DNA of 63,691 bases, filler included, from Octopus bimaculoides (Eukaryota), in NCBI RefSeq assembly GCF_001194135.2. It is 5 parts of 5 records of this genome, joined end to end, with 100 filler letters (N's around TTAATTAATTAA, not from the genome) between each part and the next. Parts side by side here need not be neighbours in the genome. Positions count along the whole stretch, not along the records: positions 20,974 to 51,673 come from NC_068983.1; 4 more parts are not named here. One strand, 5' to 3'. The notes under the pieces were generated by a model, which did not search any database, had not been told where the DNA came from, and was given only the letters and a program-made list of their open reading frames with translations. This document shows, one piece after another, positions 22,833 to 36,901 of the stretch (the first letter of the stretch is position 1; each line of letters opens with the position of its first letter). The translations under genes and the position numbers were made by a program.

Positions 22833-24077
22833 CATAAAGAAATCTACACAGTACACGAAGACTGAACAACTACACTATTCCAACAGAGTAATAGGCTAAC
22901 GCATAGAACAATATACAGAGAGAAACGAAGCACAGACAAAATACCTATTAAAATTTCACTTTGGTATATTAATCAAATACGAATTTAAAATAGATGGACA
23001 CATTATCAATATCATCATGAAATCGATTCCTGAAATTTAAAATATATTTTAAAATTGGCTGTGTGGCGAGAAGCTTGCTTACCAACCACATGACTCCGGG
23101 TTCAGTTCCACTGCGTGGCACCTTTGCTCAAACAAGGAAGAACACAGAACTTAACAACAGCAACAACAACAACAACTGCAAATCACGTAGCAAAATCCAT
23201 TAATTATATACACACACTAGAAGCTTTAAGCCCTAAAATTTAGGAAACCTCCAGGCTGGATGTAATATGTTCAGGTATAGAATTCCATATTTCATTTTTC
23301 TCATATTTTATTTCGCATGTTTATGGCGAATTCTACACCAGAGAGATGATTTATTGATAAATTGTAACACATGTACCTCTCTCTCACTCTCACTCTCTCT
23401 CTCTCTCTCACTCTCACTCTCTCTCTNNNNNNNNNNNNNNNNNNNNNNNNNNNNNNNNNNNNNNNNNNNNNNNNNNNNNNNNNNNNNNNNNNNNNNNNNN
23501 NNNNNNNNNNNNNNNNNNNNNNNNNNATGTGTGTGTGTGTGTGTGTGTGTGTGCATGCGTATGTACGCGTGCGTTTGTGTTTGCCTTGATTTGCATGATT
23601 TATGTATGTATCCTTGTATATATGCATATTTATATACGACCGTTAATCGTCTAAATCACACGTGATTCTTAACTCAACGAAGCTGAATGTGACACACTTC
23701 TCGACTATCTTGAAAATGCTGGCCTTTTGTTTCTCCTGCATACACATTTACCATTTTAAGGAATTTGGAACTCCAACCTTTATATGCTTTTGAAATACAT
23801 AAAAAAAAAATTAAAATTAAATATGTCTTCTAATACGCAAGTATCTAAATGCATAAATCTTGGAATCTTGTCAAAGAAAATCAATATCGTTCTATTGACC
23901 TGCATAACAATGCTAAAGCATCTGTCGACAGGTGACATACCAGCTGGATTGCACTGCCTTGTCATCAATATTATCTGGCTACATAGCGCCATCTATATGT
24001 GTGTGTGTATGTGTGTGCGTGTGTGACAGTGTGTCTGTGTGTGTTTGTCTGCGTGTATCTATATCTGTGTACATATG

Positions 24078-24108
<31 letters not shown>

Positions 24109-24160
24109 ATGTATGTATGTATATGTGTGTGTGTGTGTGTGTGTGTGCGTGTGCGTGTGC

Positions 24161-24198
<38 letters not shown>

Positions 24199-25383
24199 AT
24201 ATACATACACACATGTATATATATATATTCTTTTATTCCTTTATTTGTTTCAGTCAGTTGACTGCGGCCTTGCTAGAGCACCGCCTTAAAGGGTTTTAGC
24301 CAGACAAATCGACCCCCCGATACTTATTCTCTGTAAGCCTAGTACATTTTGTATCAGTCTTTTACATCGAACAGCTAAGTTACGGAGACATAAACCCACC
24401 AACATCGGTTGTCAAACGATNNNNNNNNNNNNNNNNNNNNNNNNNNNNNNNNNNNNNNNNNNNNNNNNNNNNNNNNNNNNNNNNNNNNNNNNNNNNNNNN
24501 NNNNNNNNNNNNNNNNNNNNNNNNNNNNNNNNNNNNNNNNNNNNNNNNNNNNNNNNNNNNNNNNNNNNNNNNNNNNNNNNNNNNNNNNNNNNNNNNNNNN
24601 NNNNNNNNNNNNNNNNNNNNNNNNNNNNNNNNNNNNNNNNNNNNNNNNNNNNNNNNNNNNNNNNNNNNNNNNNNNNNNTATATATAGTTTTAGGGTAAAG
24701 AACCAAGTTTCAAGAACTCATCGATTGATTTTAATTGAGTTTTTACCTGTAATTTGGGATTTTGTCCCTAATATTATTATCATTATTATATATGTGTGTG
24801 TGTGTGTGTGTGTTGTGTGTGTGTGTGTGTGTATGTATGTATATATATATATCACATTATCACAAACCACATATATACAGTTTCTCTCTAGACCCAGATC
24901 CCCATTCAGCAGATATAAAATATCTAAAAGAAAGACATAACAAATCTTTGTTAAAGCAGAACTTCCCAAACTTAAGAAACCCATATAAGACATTTCTGAT
25001 TGATTCCTGGCTTCTTGTCTGTAGCTATGAAGATAATAAGTTCCGTTTTCCTTTCTTTTAACAGATGTATGTCTTCAATGTCTGTATGCGAGAATATAAT
25101 ATTGAATTTGTGTCATTGATGCATCAATATTTGGCACCTTCAGTTCGAGCATATTGGAAAACGTATGCTTGTGCGTGTGAAATGTTTGTGCATATGTATA
25201 TGTAGGTATGTATCTGTGTGATTGTGTGTTTGTGTGTGTCTATGTGTGTGTATGTTTGTATCTATGTGTATATGTATGTATATGTTTGCATGCATACACA
25301 GATACGAACACATACTCAAGCATATATGTGTGGAATAAACAGGACAAATAGAGGTCAATAATTCTAAGAGTATGCATACGAAC

Positions 25384-25431
<48 letters not shown>

Positions 25432-26437
25432 TGAGTGAGTGTAAGAGAGTGACTCAAGGAATGTGTTCTTAGTGCATGGCATTTACCAAAACACACAAAT
25501 ACACACACACACATTCACTTTCTCTTTCTCCCTCTTTCTTTATAACTGTGAATCACTCTGTATGTGTGTATGTGTGTGTGCGTGTGTGTATGTGTGCCTT
25601 CTTATGTCTGCGTGCTTGTGTGTGCTTGTGCGTGCATTTTGTACTTTTGTGTGAGCAGACAGAAAATAGTATTGGATATACAGAATAGAGTTTGTATAAG
25701 TTTAGTCTTCTTGAATCGTTAGTCTGAGAGTCACGTTGCTGATCATTTAAGCAATTAAAGAAACGAAGCAGCATGACACTATATAAGCAAAGATATTTAT
25801 AAATACTTAGAATATGATGAGTCGACGAGATTTGATTGGTTTGTAAATTCAATTCAAAGTACACTAAGAAAGCATTAGACGTTACTATATTCATTTGTCA
25901 TAAGCAGAATTTGATATCTACGTTTAATGTGGCCAACCACAGGCTCGGAGGGAAAGCTGTAAAGAAAAGAGTTTTGTTCTCTTTATCATTCATTACGTAA
26001 CAAATTCTTTCTTTTAATTTTAGGAATCAGTTGCTGATATTTTTATTTTCATTTTCTCTCCTACTCAATGTGGTCATCTGTACTGCACGAATTATGCTGC
26101 CCTTGTTTGTCTCTAAAGATAGAAGTTTGGCATTTCTTTCATTTAGATGAGTTGGTGTATATCCACTTGCTCAAAGAATAATGGAAATGAAGCTGGAAAT
26201 TTTTTGCGTACCAGATTTGCAGACTCTTCAACAGGGATCCGTAGATATCGTCTTCCTCCTGCACAGACATACCCGCTATCCCTATACATACGACATAGGT
26301 TTATATGTATATTCGCAGGTATGTATATGTGTGTGCACGCGCATCTCTGTGTGTATCTTACAAAATATATGATATAATATATGTTTGCTTTGCTAATAAG
26401 TATGGCCATACTGTAAGAATATGAAAATATATACATA

Positions 26438-27284
26438 AAGGATGCGTTGGGTAAATTGTCACCATTTCATATTTCTAATTTCGCGCATGCGCATTGTTTG
26501 TTTTTGAATTTGTTGACTGCATAGTATAGTAGGATCAGTTGGACACCGTCTGTGAGAGAAAAAGCACTATGACGCAATTCACTCTGCCAGAAATTTGTAC
26601 TACTTGGCATTCGCACAGGAAAATTTCAAGAGTTTTGGTTGTCAATATGACGACAAAATGTCCCCAAAACATGTACCGAGAGTGATAAAAATCAAAGATC
26701 CAGTTAACATCATGGTGTTTGGAGTGATCATTAGTGATGGCGACGTTATGCTTCCATTCATTTTCCCATACGGCCTCAGATTCAACACGTAGGCCTACAT
26801 CAAGTGCCTGGAGGAGATAGTGCTGCCTTGGGTCAAGAGGGTGGCTGCTGGAAGACTCTATGTCTAGCAACAGGACTCTGCACCATGCTACACAAGAATG
26901 AGGACCCGATCATGGGTGTCAGACAATTTCTGCGACCACACCACCCTTAACATCTGACTACATAACTTCTCAGACTGCAACCTCCTTAATTATTATGTCT
27001 GAGGTCCAGTTGAGCGAGAGACCAACAAAGACCCTAGTTGGTCTCTCGCTCAAGACAAGGATTATGGCAGAATTCACCAGCTTAAACAAGGAGACCGTTC
27101 AGAAGAACTGTAAGAGATTCCGAAGTCATCTGGAGGCCGTGGTTGAAGCCAATGGCGATTTTATTGAACAAATTCACACTTTAGTATTTCAAGATATTTT
27201 TATGTAACATATGTGATAAAATGAGATACGAGTGTTATTTTCATTTTTGCGTAAATTAGGCGGCAATATATTCAACGCACCCTG
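26438..27284 (+). mobile_element. Tc1/mariner (maT/DD37D-like) transposon, internally deleted
   Basis: Degenerate TIRs ta|aaggatgcgttgggtaaattgtc and gcaatatattcaacgcaccctg|ta. Transposase remnants IMVFGVIISDGDVM, QQDSAPCY and AVVEANGDFIE, with stops. Confidence 0.85.
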
Positions 27285-28323
27285 TATGTGTATCTATATA
27301 TACATACAGATGTGTGATATACATACATACATACATACATACATAGAAACATACATACATACATAGAAACATACATACATATATAGATACATACATAATA
27401 CATATATTTATATATATANNNNNNNNNNATATATATATGTATGTATGTATATGTATGTATACATATATACATACATATATGTATATGCGTATATATACAC
27501 ACACACAAAGAGAAACATATATGCACGCACAGAAACGCATAGACGTATATGTATGTTCGTACGTACATATGTATGTATGTATGTATGTATGGATATGTAT
27601 GTATGTATGTTTGTATGTATGCACGAAAGTACATTTTTCAAAACTGCTTTTATTGTTTTCTGTATGCCAATTCCATCATTCCACGGAATACGTTGCAAGA
27701 TATAAGTCAAAAAGAAAAGCTCGTGAGACATTTATGGAAGTTTTTTTTTTTTTCTTAATTATTTCTAAAAGTACGGATACAGCTGATAAGCAGAGATATG
27801 GTACGACTTTAAATCTGAGACTTAAAAATACGTACAACAACTGGCAACATTATAACAGTGAACTCGAAAAGTAACCAAGATTACTGTTGCTGCTCGTAAA
27901 AAATTAGAGAAATTGCACAAAGATATATATAAATGTACATATATATATGTTTATACGCACACATATGTATGTATATAAGTATGTATTATGTATGTATATA
28001 TCAGTGATTTTCTACATGTTCTCCAAGGTATCACGATGTGATTTAGTGTTCAGACGTGTTTGTGTAGATTGGTCCGATATTATAGCTAATGTTTTTATGC
28101 ATATTCTCATAATCTTGCGTGTGTTCGTGTCCTCTTGCACGCGTGAATATGTACTTTTGTATAATTACATATATGTACATACATATATACATGCATGTAT
28201 ATATATATGTGTGTGTATTCATGTATACATACTTATGCTTCAACGTACATATACCTATAAGTACCTATATATGTGTGTGCGTGCGTGCGTATGTGTTCGC
28301 ATATGAATACGCACACACATACA

Positions 28324-28349
<26 letters not shown>

Positions 28350-28357
<8 letters not shown>

Positions 28358-28506
28358 GGAGTAAGCACATGAAATGTGCAACAAGGTGGAAAAAAGTGTA
28401 CTCAAATACCAGAGGTAGAGTAATATGCTTTATTTAAAAGCAGCAGAAATATAATAAAAAAACGGGGTTTTTTTGTTATATTTCTGCTGCTTTTAAATAA
28501 AGTATA
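28350..28506. repeat. Repeat end with a ~40-bp-arm palindrome running into a gap
   Basis: ctttatttaaaagcagcagaaatataataaaaaaac-ggg-gtttttttgttatatttctgctgcttttaaataaag (28428-28502). Confidence 0.75.
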
Positions 28507-29599
28507 NNNNNNNNNNNNNNNNNNNNNNNNNNNNNNNNNNNNNNNNNNNNNNNNNNNNNNNNNNNNNNNNNNNNNNNNNNNNNNNNNNNNNNNNNNNNNN
28601 NNNNNNNNNNNNNNNNNNNNNNNNNNNNNNNNNNNNNNNNNNNNNNNNNNNNNNNNNNNNNNNNNNNNNNNNNNNNNNNNNNNNNNNNNNNNNNNNNNNN
28701 NNNNNNNNNNNNNNNNNNNNNNNNNNNNNNNNNNNNNNNNNNNNNNNNNNNNNNNNNNNNNNNNNNNNNNNNNNNNNNNNNNNNNNNNNNNNNNNNNNNN
28801 NNNNNNNNNNNNNNNNNNNNNNNNNNNNNNNNNNNNNNNNNNNNNNNNNNNNNNNNNNNNNNNNNNNNNNNNNNTATAGTCCACAGACATATTCAGTTAG
28901 AAATATGCATACATACATAGCATTTTCTGTGTTTTGTGTGTGTATGCGTATTGTAGGTGAGTTTGTTCTTGTGTGATATAGAGTTATGTGGTTATTTTAG
29001 AGTGCAATTTATGTTTTGTATCCATATTTGAAATCTGCTTAATCTCCGCTTGCTCTAAACCCCGAAAAGAAGCAAAAACAAAATGTATAAAGAAAATAAG
29101 AACAAAACAAAAACAAAAATACGAAGAATGAAAACAAACAAAAATAAAAATCGTTTTAAAAATATAAAAAGATAAGTACGAAAAGGCAGATAATAAATAT
29201 AAAAGAAGATATCAGGAAATAAAATGAAAACCTAATAAATAGCATATGAAAATAAAGTAAAAACAGAAATCCCATTTCCATGTATGTGTTTTGCACCTTT
29301 TCCTGTTAAGCTGTTTCCACTTGGTCGACTCCATGATAAATAGATGTTCAAGAAAATAAGACTTTCCAAACTCAGATTTAAAGGAAATAATTTAAAAACA
29401 TAAGAAAAAAAAATAGATATGAAATATAAAAAGAAATAATAAAGACAGACATTAATACAAGAAATACTGTACAAATGAAAATATTAAATGATTGAAAGAA
29501 AGAATGAAGAAGAAAAGAAAGAAAAACGGGGAAAGGGAAGCAAGGAATGAACTAAATAAATTTCACCAAGGAGTCTGATATTGACTTTGTATTTATTTA

Positions 29600-30300
29600 T
29601 TTTTTGGGAATGATTCGTATTTTCCTCTCTTCTTTTTCTTTTTTGCGTTTTTCTTTTTTTTTATTTTTATATTCTCTGTCCCAGAACTTCTGTTATTTGT
29701 CTTTCTTCCTCCTCCACATCTTCTGTTTTATCTTATTTTCATTCTTCTACTTTTTCATAATTTGCCTCTTTTGTTGCTCCTCTTCTTTCTACTTCTTCTG
29801 TTCCTCCTCCTCCTCTTTCTACCACTACTACAACTTTTTCTTCTTCTTCTTCTTATTATTATTATTATTCGTCTTCTTTTTCTTTTTCTTCTTCTTCTTC
29901 TTCTTCTTCTTCTTCTTCTTCTTCTTCTTCTTCTTCTCGTCATCGTACTCCCCCTCTGCTTCTTCACACTCTCCATCTTTTTAGGTTTCTTTTTTTTCCT
30001 CTTCTTCTTCTTCTTTTCATTCTTCTCCCGCTCCCTCTCCATCATTTTCTTTTTCTCCTTCTCTCCGATCTCCCCTTCCTTTTTTTTTTTCATCTCTTCT
30101 CTGTCTTGTAGCCTCCAACTCTGATACCGTTCCTTATCCACGACCATCTCCTTGTCTGACTTATAAATCTTTTTAATCACATCCGACAAATCTTCTGTCA
30201 CTATTACCATTATATTTCACCTTCGTTGCTTTCTATTTTCCTTTCTGTCTTTCCTTTCTTACTACTACTACTACTACTACTACTACTAATACTACTACTA
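29600..30300. repeat. Polypyrimidine low-complexity tract with (CTT)n and (CTA)n
   Basis: Directly visible; yields the poly-F, poly-L and poly-R pseudo-ORFs. Confidence 0.95.
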
Positions 30301-31805
30301 CTATGAGGAAACATGATTTTACGCCCCCATATTTTTCCACTTTCGGATCAACTGGAACCCTCGTCGTTGTTGTCGTCGTCGTCGCCCTCGTCGTAACTTA
30401 TATATTAAAATGCAATGTGATTACGGGTGAATGTAGAATGGTCAGAGTTCGTATCCTTGCTATGAAAGTTGTATACAAATGTATCAAATTGACAAAATCA
30501 TTAGAGCATCCGTATAGAATCCCTCGCGTTATTTAATCTGACACACGTATTCAAATATAACTGAAGTTAATTTTATCTTCCATCCTTTAGAAGAAGTTAA
30601 AAGATTACCAATCCAGAGCGGTGGTTTAGCAAAACTGGGGGAAGAGGGCTACTTGGGTCGTAAATTTCATCCATAGCGCAAGCTAACACCACGACGTGGA
30701 AACTTGGGTACCTTTAGAGGAATACACTCTGTTGCAAGCATTCGGGCTGGTCCCCGGTTTGAGAATATCTTCCACTTTCGCTCCATCCTTTCTACAAAAC
30801 TCGGAGACCTTGTAAAGGGTTCTGGACACCACCCTTCTTTCTTGAGTAAAAGATAAAAAAGAAAATATAGATTAAACGTTTTTAATAGTTTGATCTCAAA
30901 GAAGAGTTTGTGGCCGTTTCCGTCTCAATCTTTCCGAAACCTGTGGATCAACATCAGTAATGTTCTTCTTTAGTAGTCACAAGTCAAAATCATGACTTAG
31001 AAGAAAGCTTTAGAGAGTAAATGGTTTAGAGAAATAGGACTGGGCAGGGAGTAGTATATGACCTGAGTGTAGATGGAGGGTAAACAATAGAAGTAGAGAT
31101 GAGTGATTCGAGAGGGCTTAAATGAAGGTGGCACGAACCCAGCCATCCTCGAACTGCAGAAGCTAATATAGTAGTGATGTAAAAGATAGACAAAAGGACG
31201 ACAGTGCAGACATAGGCCAGGCTTCAGGAGAAATATACACATTTTAACGTAGAAATGGAAGAAAATCAACTGAAACTATTTTACTTTTAAATTGCTGAGC
31301 GCTGATTACGTATATTTTGCCCTCAGTAAAAAATCGAACAGTAATCGCTTAAGACAATATATGATGTTACTGAAATTACAATGGGATAGAGGGTTTGAAC
31401 TATGTGTTTTGAAAATTGTTTTGATGATCCTTGATATGGCACTAACAGAAAACCTTTGGTACAACTGTAACTGACTTTTACGTCATTACTGTTAAAGAGC
31501 GTGTAATATAACTAATTGTATAGACGTTTACTTCTGTGTTTCCTATCATGATGTGATGTCACTTGTCACAAGTTACATATCCAATTCATGCATAATATTC
31601 ATTATATTCATCCTTCTGTCCAACCCGGTTTTTTTTTTCCTGAACATCATGGAACTCCAAGTATTTTCAGAGAAATATATGCGTGTTGAAATATAACTTC
31701 CAATCTGCAATCAACGGCAACGTGAAACTATTCGTATTAACAAATAGCTAAATATATATAAAAGCCTTGTGACTGGACTTGGTAGACGAAAACTGAAAGA
31801 ATCTA

Positions 31806-31839
<34 letters not shown>

Positions 31840-33061
31840 TCAGTAAATAGTGGGGTTGTGTTAACCGCACGTGGAGAAATAATAGGAAAATGAAAAAAAG
31901 CCAGAATGCTGAACTGGAAGCATAATTTAATAAAGATTTTTTCTAACCGGTTTTCATTGCGAAGAAGCAAATTATCAAGAAGGAGAATGAAAATGTTTTT
32001 TTACAAAGAAGTACAAAATGAAGAAAATAATATATAAAACAATAATATATAAAAAAATAAATATACCCATACATTATATTGTCTTTGAGCTTTTGTAGTT
32101 CAATAGTAGTTCATGTATAAATTGGTAGGAAAAATNNNNNNNNNNNNNNNNNNNNNNNNNNNNNNNNNNNNNNNNNNNNNNNNNNNNNNNNNNNNNNNNN
32201 NNNNNNNNNNNNNNNNNNNNNNNNNNNNNNNNNNNNNNNNNNNNNNNNNNNNNNNNNNNNNNNNNNNNNNNNNNNNNNNNNNNNNNNNNNNNNNNNNNNN
32301 NNNNNNNNNNNNNNNNNNNNNNNNNNNNNNNNNNNNNNNNNNNNNNNNNNNNNNNNNNNNNNNNNNNNNNNNNNNNNNNNNNNNNNNNNNNNNNNNNNNN
32401 NNNNNNNNNNNNNNNNNNNNNNNNNNNNNNNNNNNNNNNNNNNNNNNNNNNNNNNNNNNNNNNNNNNNNNNNNNNNNNNNNNNNNNNNNNNNNNNNNNNN
32501 NNNNNNNNNNNNNNNNNNNNNNNNNNNNNNNNNNNNNNNNNNNNNNNNNNNNNNNNNNNNNNNNNNNNNNNNNNNNNNNNNNNNNNNNNNNNNNNNNNNN
32601 NNNNNNNNNNNNNNNNNNNNNNNNNNNNNNNNNNNNNNNNNNNNNNNNNNNNNNNNNNNNNNNNNNNNNNNNNNNNNNNNNNNNNNNNNNNNNNNNNNNN
32701 NNNNNNNNNNNNNNNNNNNNNNNNNNNNNNNNNNNNNNNNNNNNNNNNNNNNNNNNNNNNNNNNNNNNNNNNATATGTGTGTTGGTGTGTGTGTCTGTGT
32801 CTGTGTGTACATATATGTATGTGTGTCTTTGTGACTGTTTGTCTCATCACCACTGCTTGACAACCCTATTAGTGCATTTACGTTCCTATAACTTAGCAGT
32901 TCGGCAAAGCAGGCCGATAGAATAAATACTAGTCTTTAAAAAGTCTTGACGTCGATTGTTCGACTAAAACCCTTCAAGGCGGTGCCACAGTCAAATTGGC
33001 CTCAGTCAAATGATTGAAACAAGTAAAAGATATATATACAGATACTTGTACACACATACAT

Positions 33062-33124
<63 letters not shown>

Positions 33125-34229
33125 NNNNNNNNNNNNNNNNNNNNNNNNNNNNNNNNNNNNNNNNNNNNNNNNNNNNNNNNNNNNNNNNNNNNNNNNNNNN
33201 NNNNNNNNNNNNNNNNNNNNNNNNNNNNNNNNNNNNNNNNNNNNNNNNNNNNNNNNNNNNNNNNNNNNNNNNNNNNNNNNNNNNNNNNNNNNNNNNNNNN
33301 NNNNNNNNNNNNNNNNNNNNNNNNNNNNNNNNNNNNNNNNNNNNNNNNNNNNNNNNNNNNNNNNNNNNNNNNNNNNNNNNNNNNNNNNNNNNNNNNNNNN
33401 NNNNNNNNNNNNNNNNNNNNNNNNNNNNNNNNNNNNNNNNNNNNNNNNNNNNNNNNNNNNNNNNNNNNNNNNNNNNNNNNNNNNNNNNNNNNNNNNNNNN
33501 NNNNNNNNNNNNNNNNNNNNNNNNNNNNNNNNNNNNNNNNNNNNNNNNNNNNNNNNNNNNNNNNNNNNNNNNNNNNNNNNNNNNNNNNNNNNNNNNNNNN
33601 NNNNTATATATATATATATATATATACATGCATACTTATGTACATATATGCACACATATATATGCATAAACACATACAAATAATGTAAATTGTGTGTAGT
33701 AATTATGATAGGATGTTGGGAAGTCTTGGATTTGTGAGTTATGCTTCTTCCGGCTTTGTTGTTATTAAATTATAAGCCGTCAACACGGTTTCACTTCTTG
33801 CAAATGATTGAAGCACTATTTCTTTTGTTATGTTTGAGTTGTTATTTTTGCATTTTTCCTTTGTTACATTACATCAAAACATAAGCCATAATATTGTTTT
33901 TCAAACCAAAGTTCGCACTTTTAGGTTTTAGTGTAGAAACGCGAGTAAAAATACTGAAACTAATACATCTTGCACTGAAATTGTTGAACGTTAATTGCAT
34001 ACAAGAGATGTGGCAGGTCTGATGATTAACTATTTAATTTCAGTGTTGTTTCTTCAATTCACTTTTAATGATCACACATGCATTGCCAAATAAATGGTAT
34101 TCTTCACACATGTTCCTGAAGATGCCCGTATAATTTGAAATGCTTGATTTTTTTTTTTTTTTTTTTTGTGTTTTATGTTACTTTCTTCTTTACAGTCACT
34201 TGTTAATAAATCATTTTTGTTAAACATTT

Positions 34230-35194
34230 GCTGTTCAGCAGGCAGAGATCGACATTTTAACAGTTATAATTACGTAGCACAATTCAGGTTCCTATACGCC
34301 GCGATCTATCTAACCACTTAGAATTCTACAACCTATCATTCCTCAACCAGAATCATTCTACCAACCATGTTTCATCTGGAATTCTCATGCTCACAATTCT
34401 TCATCTTGCACAACTTTCGAAGTGTACCTCCAGATCAAAAGGCCGCAACATTTTATGTCAGATTCTACGCTTCAAGCAATTAGCTAAACTCTTCTTGAAC
34501 TTTATTACTCCACCACCAGTCGCCTCAATATAACATACACACAGATATCAAAGGGTAACTATATTGCTAATAAAAGAAGCAACCGTGACCGACAGTACTC
34601 CTTGTGTTGCTCTCGGATTGTACTCCTCAATTCTGAGTCTTGCTCGTGCTAAGTTATTCGTCATTTTCTTTCAATTGGTATTTATCTCAGTTTATGAAAA
34701 TGTACTTATGTGTCCCATCACCAAAGAGAGTAATTACTGATCCATTTCCTAAACAGATACTTTAGAGCCAAATATGGGGGAAAGTAACGTTTTGGCCCTT
34801 GATGTCATCAAATTTTTTAATCGAGTCTGGTACGAAAACTGTCAAGTTAAGTTGATCGCCTATTATCCTCCGATGTTTCCCATCTCTCAAATAAGCTTAG
34901 TGCAGTATCTATTGATAGATCTCTCTTCTGTATACACTACATCAACTCTGGTGTAGCCATACAGAAGTGTATTTCCAGTACTGTTCGTTCTCAACATTCG
35001 CTACATATTTCTTGATACTTTCAACAACAAAAAATTAATAGGAGTGGCTGTGTGGTAAGTAGCTTGCTTACCAACTATATGGATCCGGATTCAATCCCTT
35101 TGCGTGGCATCTCGGGCAAGTGTCTTCAACTATAGCCTCGGACTGACCAAAGCCTTGTGAGTGGATTTAGTAGACGGAAACTGAAAGAAGCCCG

Positions 35195-35229
<35 letters not shown>

Positions 35230-36330
35230 NNNNNNNNNNNNNNNNNNNNNNNNNNNNNNNNNNNNNNNNNNNNNNNNNNNNNNNNNNNNNNNNNNNNNNN
35301 NNNNNNNNNNNNNNNNNNNNNNNNNNNNNNNNNNNNNNNNNNNNNNNNNNNNNNNNNNNNNNNNNNNNNNNNNNNNNNNNNNNNNNNNNNNNNNNNNNNN
35401 NNNNNNNNNNNNNNNNNNNNNNNNNNNNNNNNNNNNNNNNNNNNNNNNNNNNNNNNNNNNNNNNNNNNNNNNTGTGTCTGCATGTGTGTGTGTGTGCGTG
35501 TGTTTGTGTGTCTGTGTTTGCCCGCCCCCACCACCACAATCGCTTGACAACCGATGTTGGTTTGTTTACGTCACCGTAACTTAGTGATTCGGCAAACGAG
35601 ACACCGATAGAATAAGTACTAGGCATACAAAGAATAAGTATTGGGGTCGATTTGTTCGACTAAAGGAGGTGCTCCAGCATGGCCGCAGTCAAAAGACTGA
35701 AACAAATAAAAGAATAAAAGAATAATACTATTCTTTTATTTTCTTTCATTTCTCATGCAAACACCATGACGTCACATCAGAGGTCTACTCTATTTATAAA
35801 CAGACCTCGTACACGTACAATAGTAGGGACATAAGAACAACAAAGAAACACATACAGGAAATAATCCTTTACCATACACTTTACACATGAACAACACAAC
35901 GTTGTTGCAAATATGTACTTCGTTACAGTCTCTGTTAATGTTTCATGATGACCTAGCATATCTAACGCTACAAAACTAGCATAATTTTATAGCAAGAAAA
36001 TAATTCACCCTTTCGCAGATGCTAACTCCCTACGAAGCTGAATGAAGCCAAACATCAGAATGTTGTCCACATAAGTGTAACAGTGCTGCAAGCATTTTGG
36101 ATCACATTCTAAAGTACTTCTCAACGAAAAGGATCAAGCAGATTGGCATAAATTTACTCCACACATTACAGCCATTATTAGTTCATGCTTTACTCCTCTA
36201 CTGCTTTTAAACAACGTTGGTTTATCAGAACACACTAGTTATATACCACTGCCATTCAATCCCATCAAACACAACTGTGTCATTTCCGTCAGCTTTACAA
36301 TCTCGTACCATCTCAGATACTACACTGAAT
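34230..36330 (+). mobile_element. Highly decayed LINE (jockey/I-like RT) interrupted by a SINE
   Basis: GESNVLALDVIKFFNRVWYENCQVKLIAY resembles (V)ALDISKAFDRVWH..L..KL..Y; a FADA-like remnant near 36010. Confidence 0.5.
35039..35722 (+). mobile_element. Full-length tRNA-derived SINE, central (TG)n broken by a gap
   Basis: Head ggagtggctgtgtggtaagtagcttgc; tail gactgaaacaaataaaagaataaaagaata. Confidence 0.9.
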
Positions 36331-36521
36331 ATTTTTTGCAACTAATCATGCTTTACCTTCACAGAGAAGCAACTGACTGGGATTCTCACACAACCCATTT
36401 GGTCTTTTCTGTGAAGCTTGAATTAATGGTGGTCAGCATAAGTGTCTTTGATTTCAATAGTTTCAGCAGTTGTTCAAATATACTGGACATTACCTTTTTT
36501 ATCTGACTAAATTATATACGC

Positions 36522-36901
36522 GGAGGCGCAATGGTCCAGTGGTTAGGGTAACAGACTCGCGGTCATAGGATCGTGGTTTCGATTCCCAGACCGGGCGTTG
36601 TGAGTGTTTATTGAGCGAAAACACCTAAAGCTCCACGAGGCTCCGGCAGGGGATGGTGGCGACCCATGTTGTACTCTTTCGCCACAACTTTCTCTCACTC
36701 TTACTTCCTGTTTCTGTTGTGCCTGTAATTCAAAGGGTCAGCCTTGTCATACTGTGTCACGCTGAATGTCCCCGAGAACTACGTTAAGGGTACACATGTC
36801 TGTGGAGTGCTCAGCCACTTGCACGCTAATTTCATGAGCAGGCTGTTCTGTTGATCGGATCAACTGGAACCCTCGTCGTCGTAAGCGACGGAGTGCCAAC
36901 A
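36522..36901 (+). mobile_element. Second SINE family with a tRNA-like head
   Basis: ggaggcgcaatggtccagtggttaggg...ggtttcgattcccagacc (boxes A and B). Near-identical copy at 39065-39440; variants at ~44150-44900. Confidence 0.88.

Noticed and set aside
36522-36600. tRNA gene (also 39065, 44695)
   Set aside because: It has A/B boxes but no complete acceptor stem and continues into a shared SINE body, so it is a SINE head.
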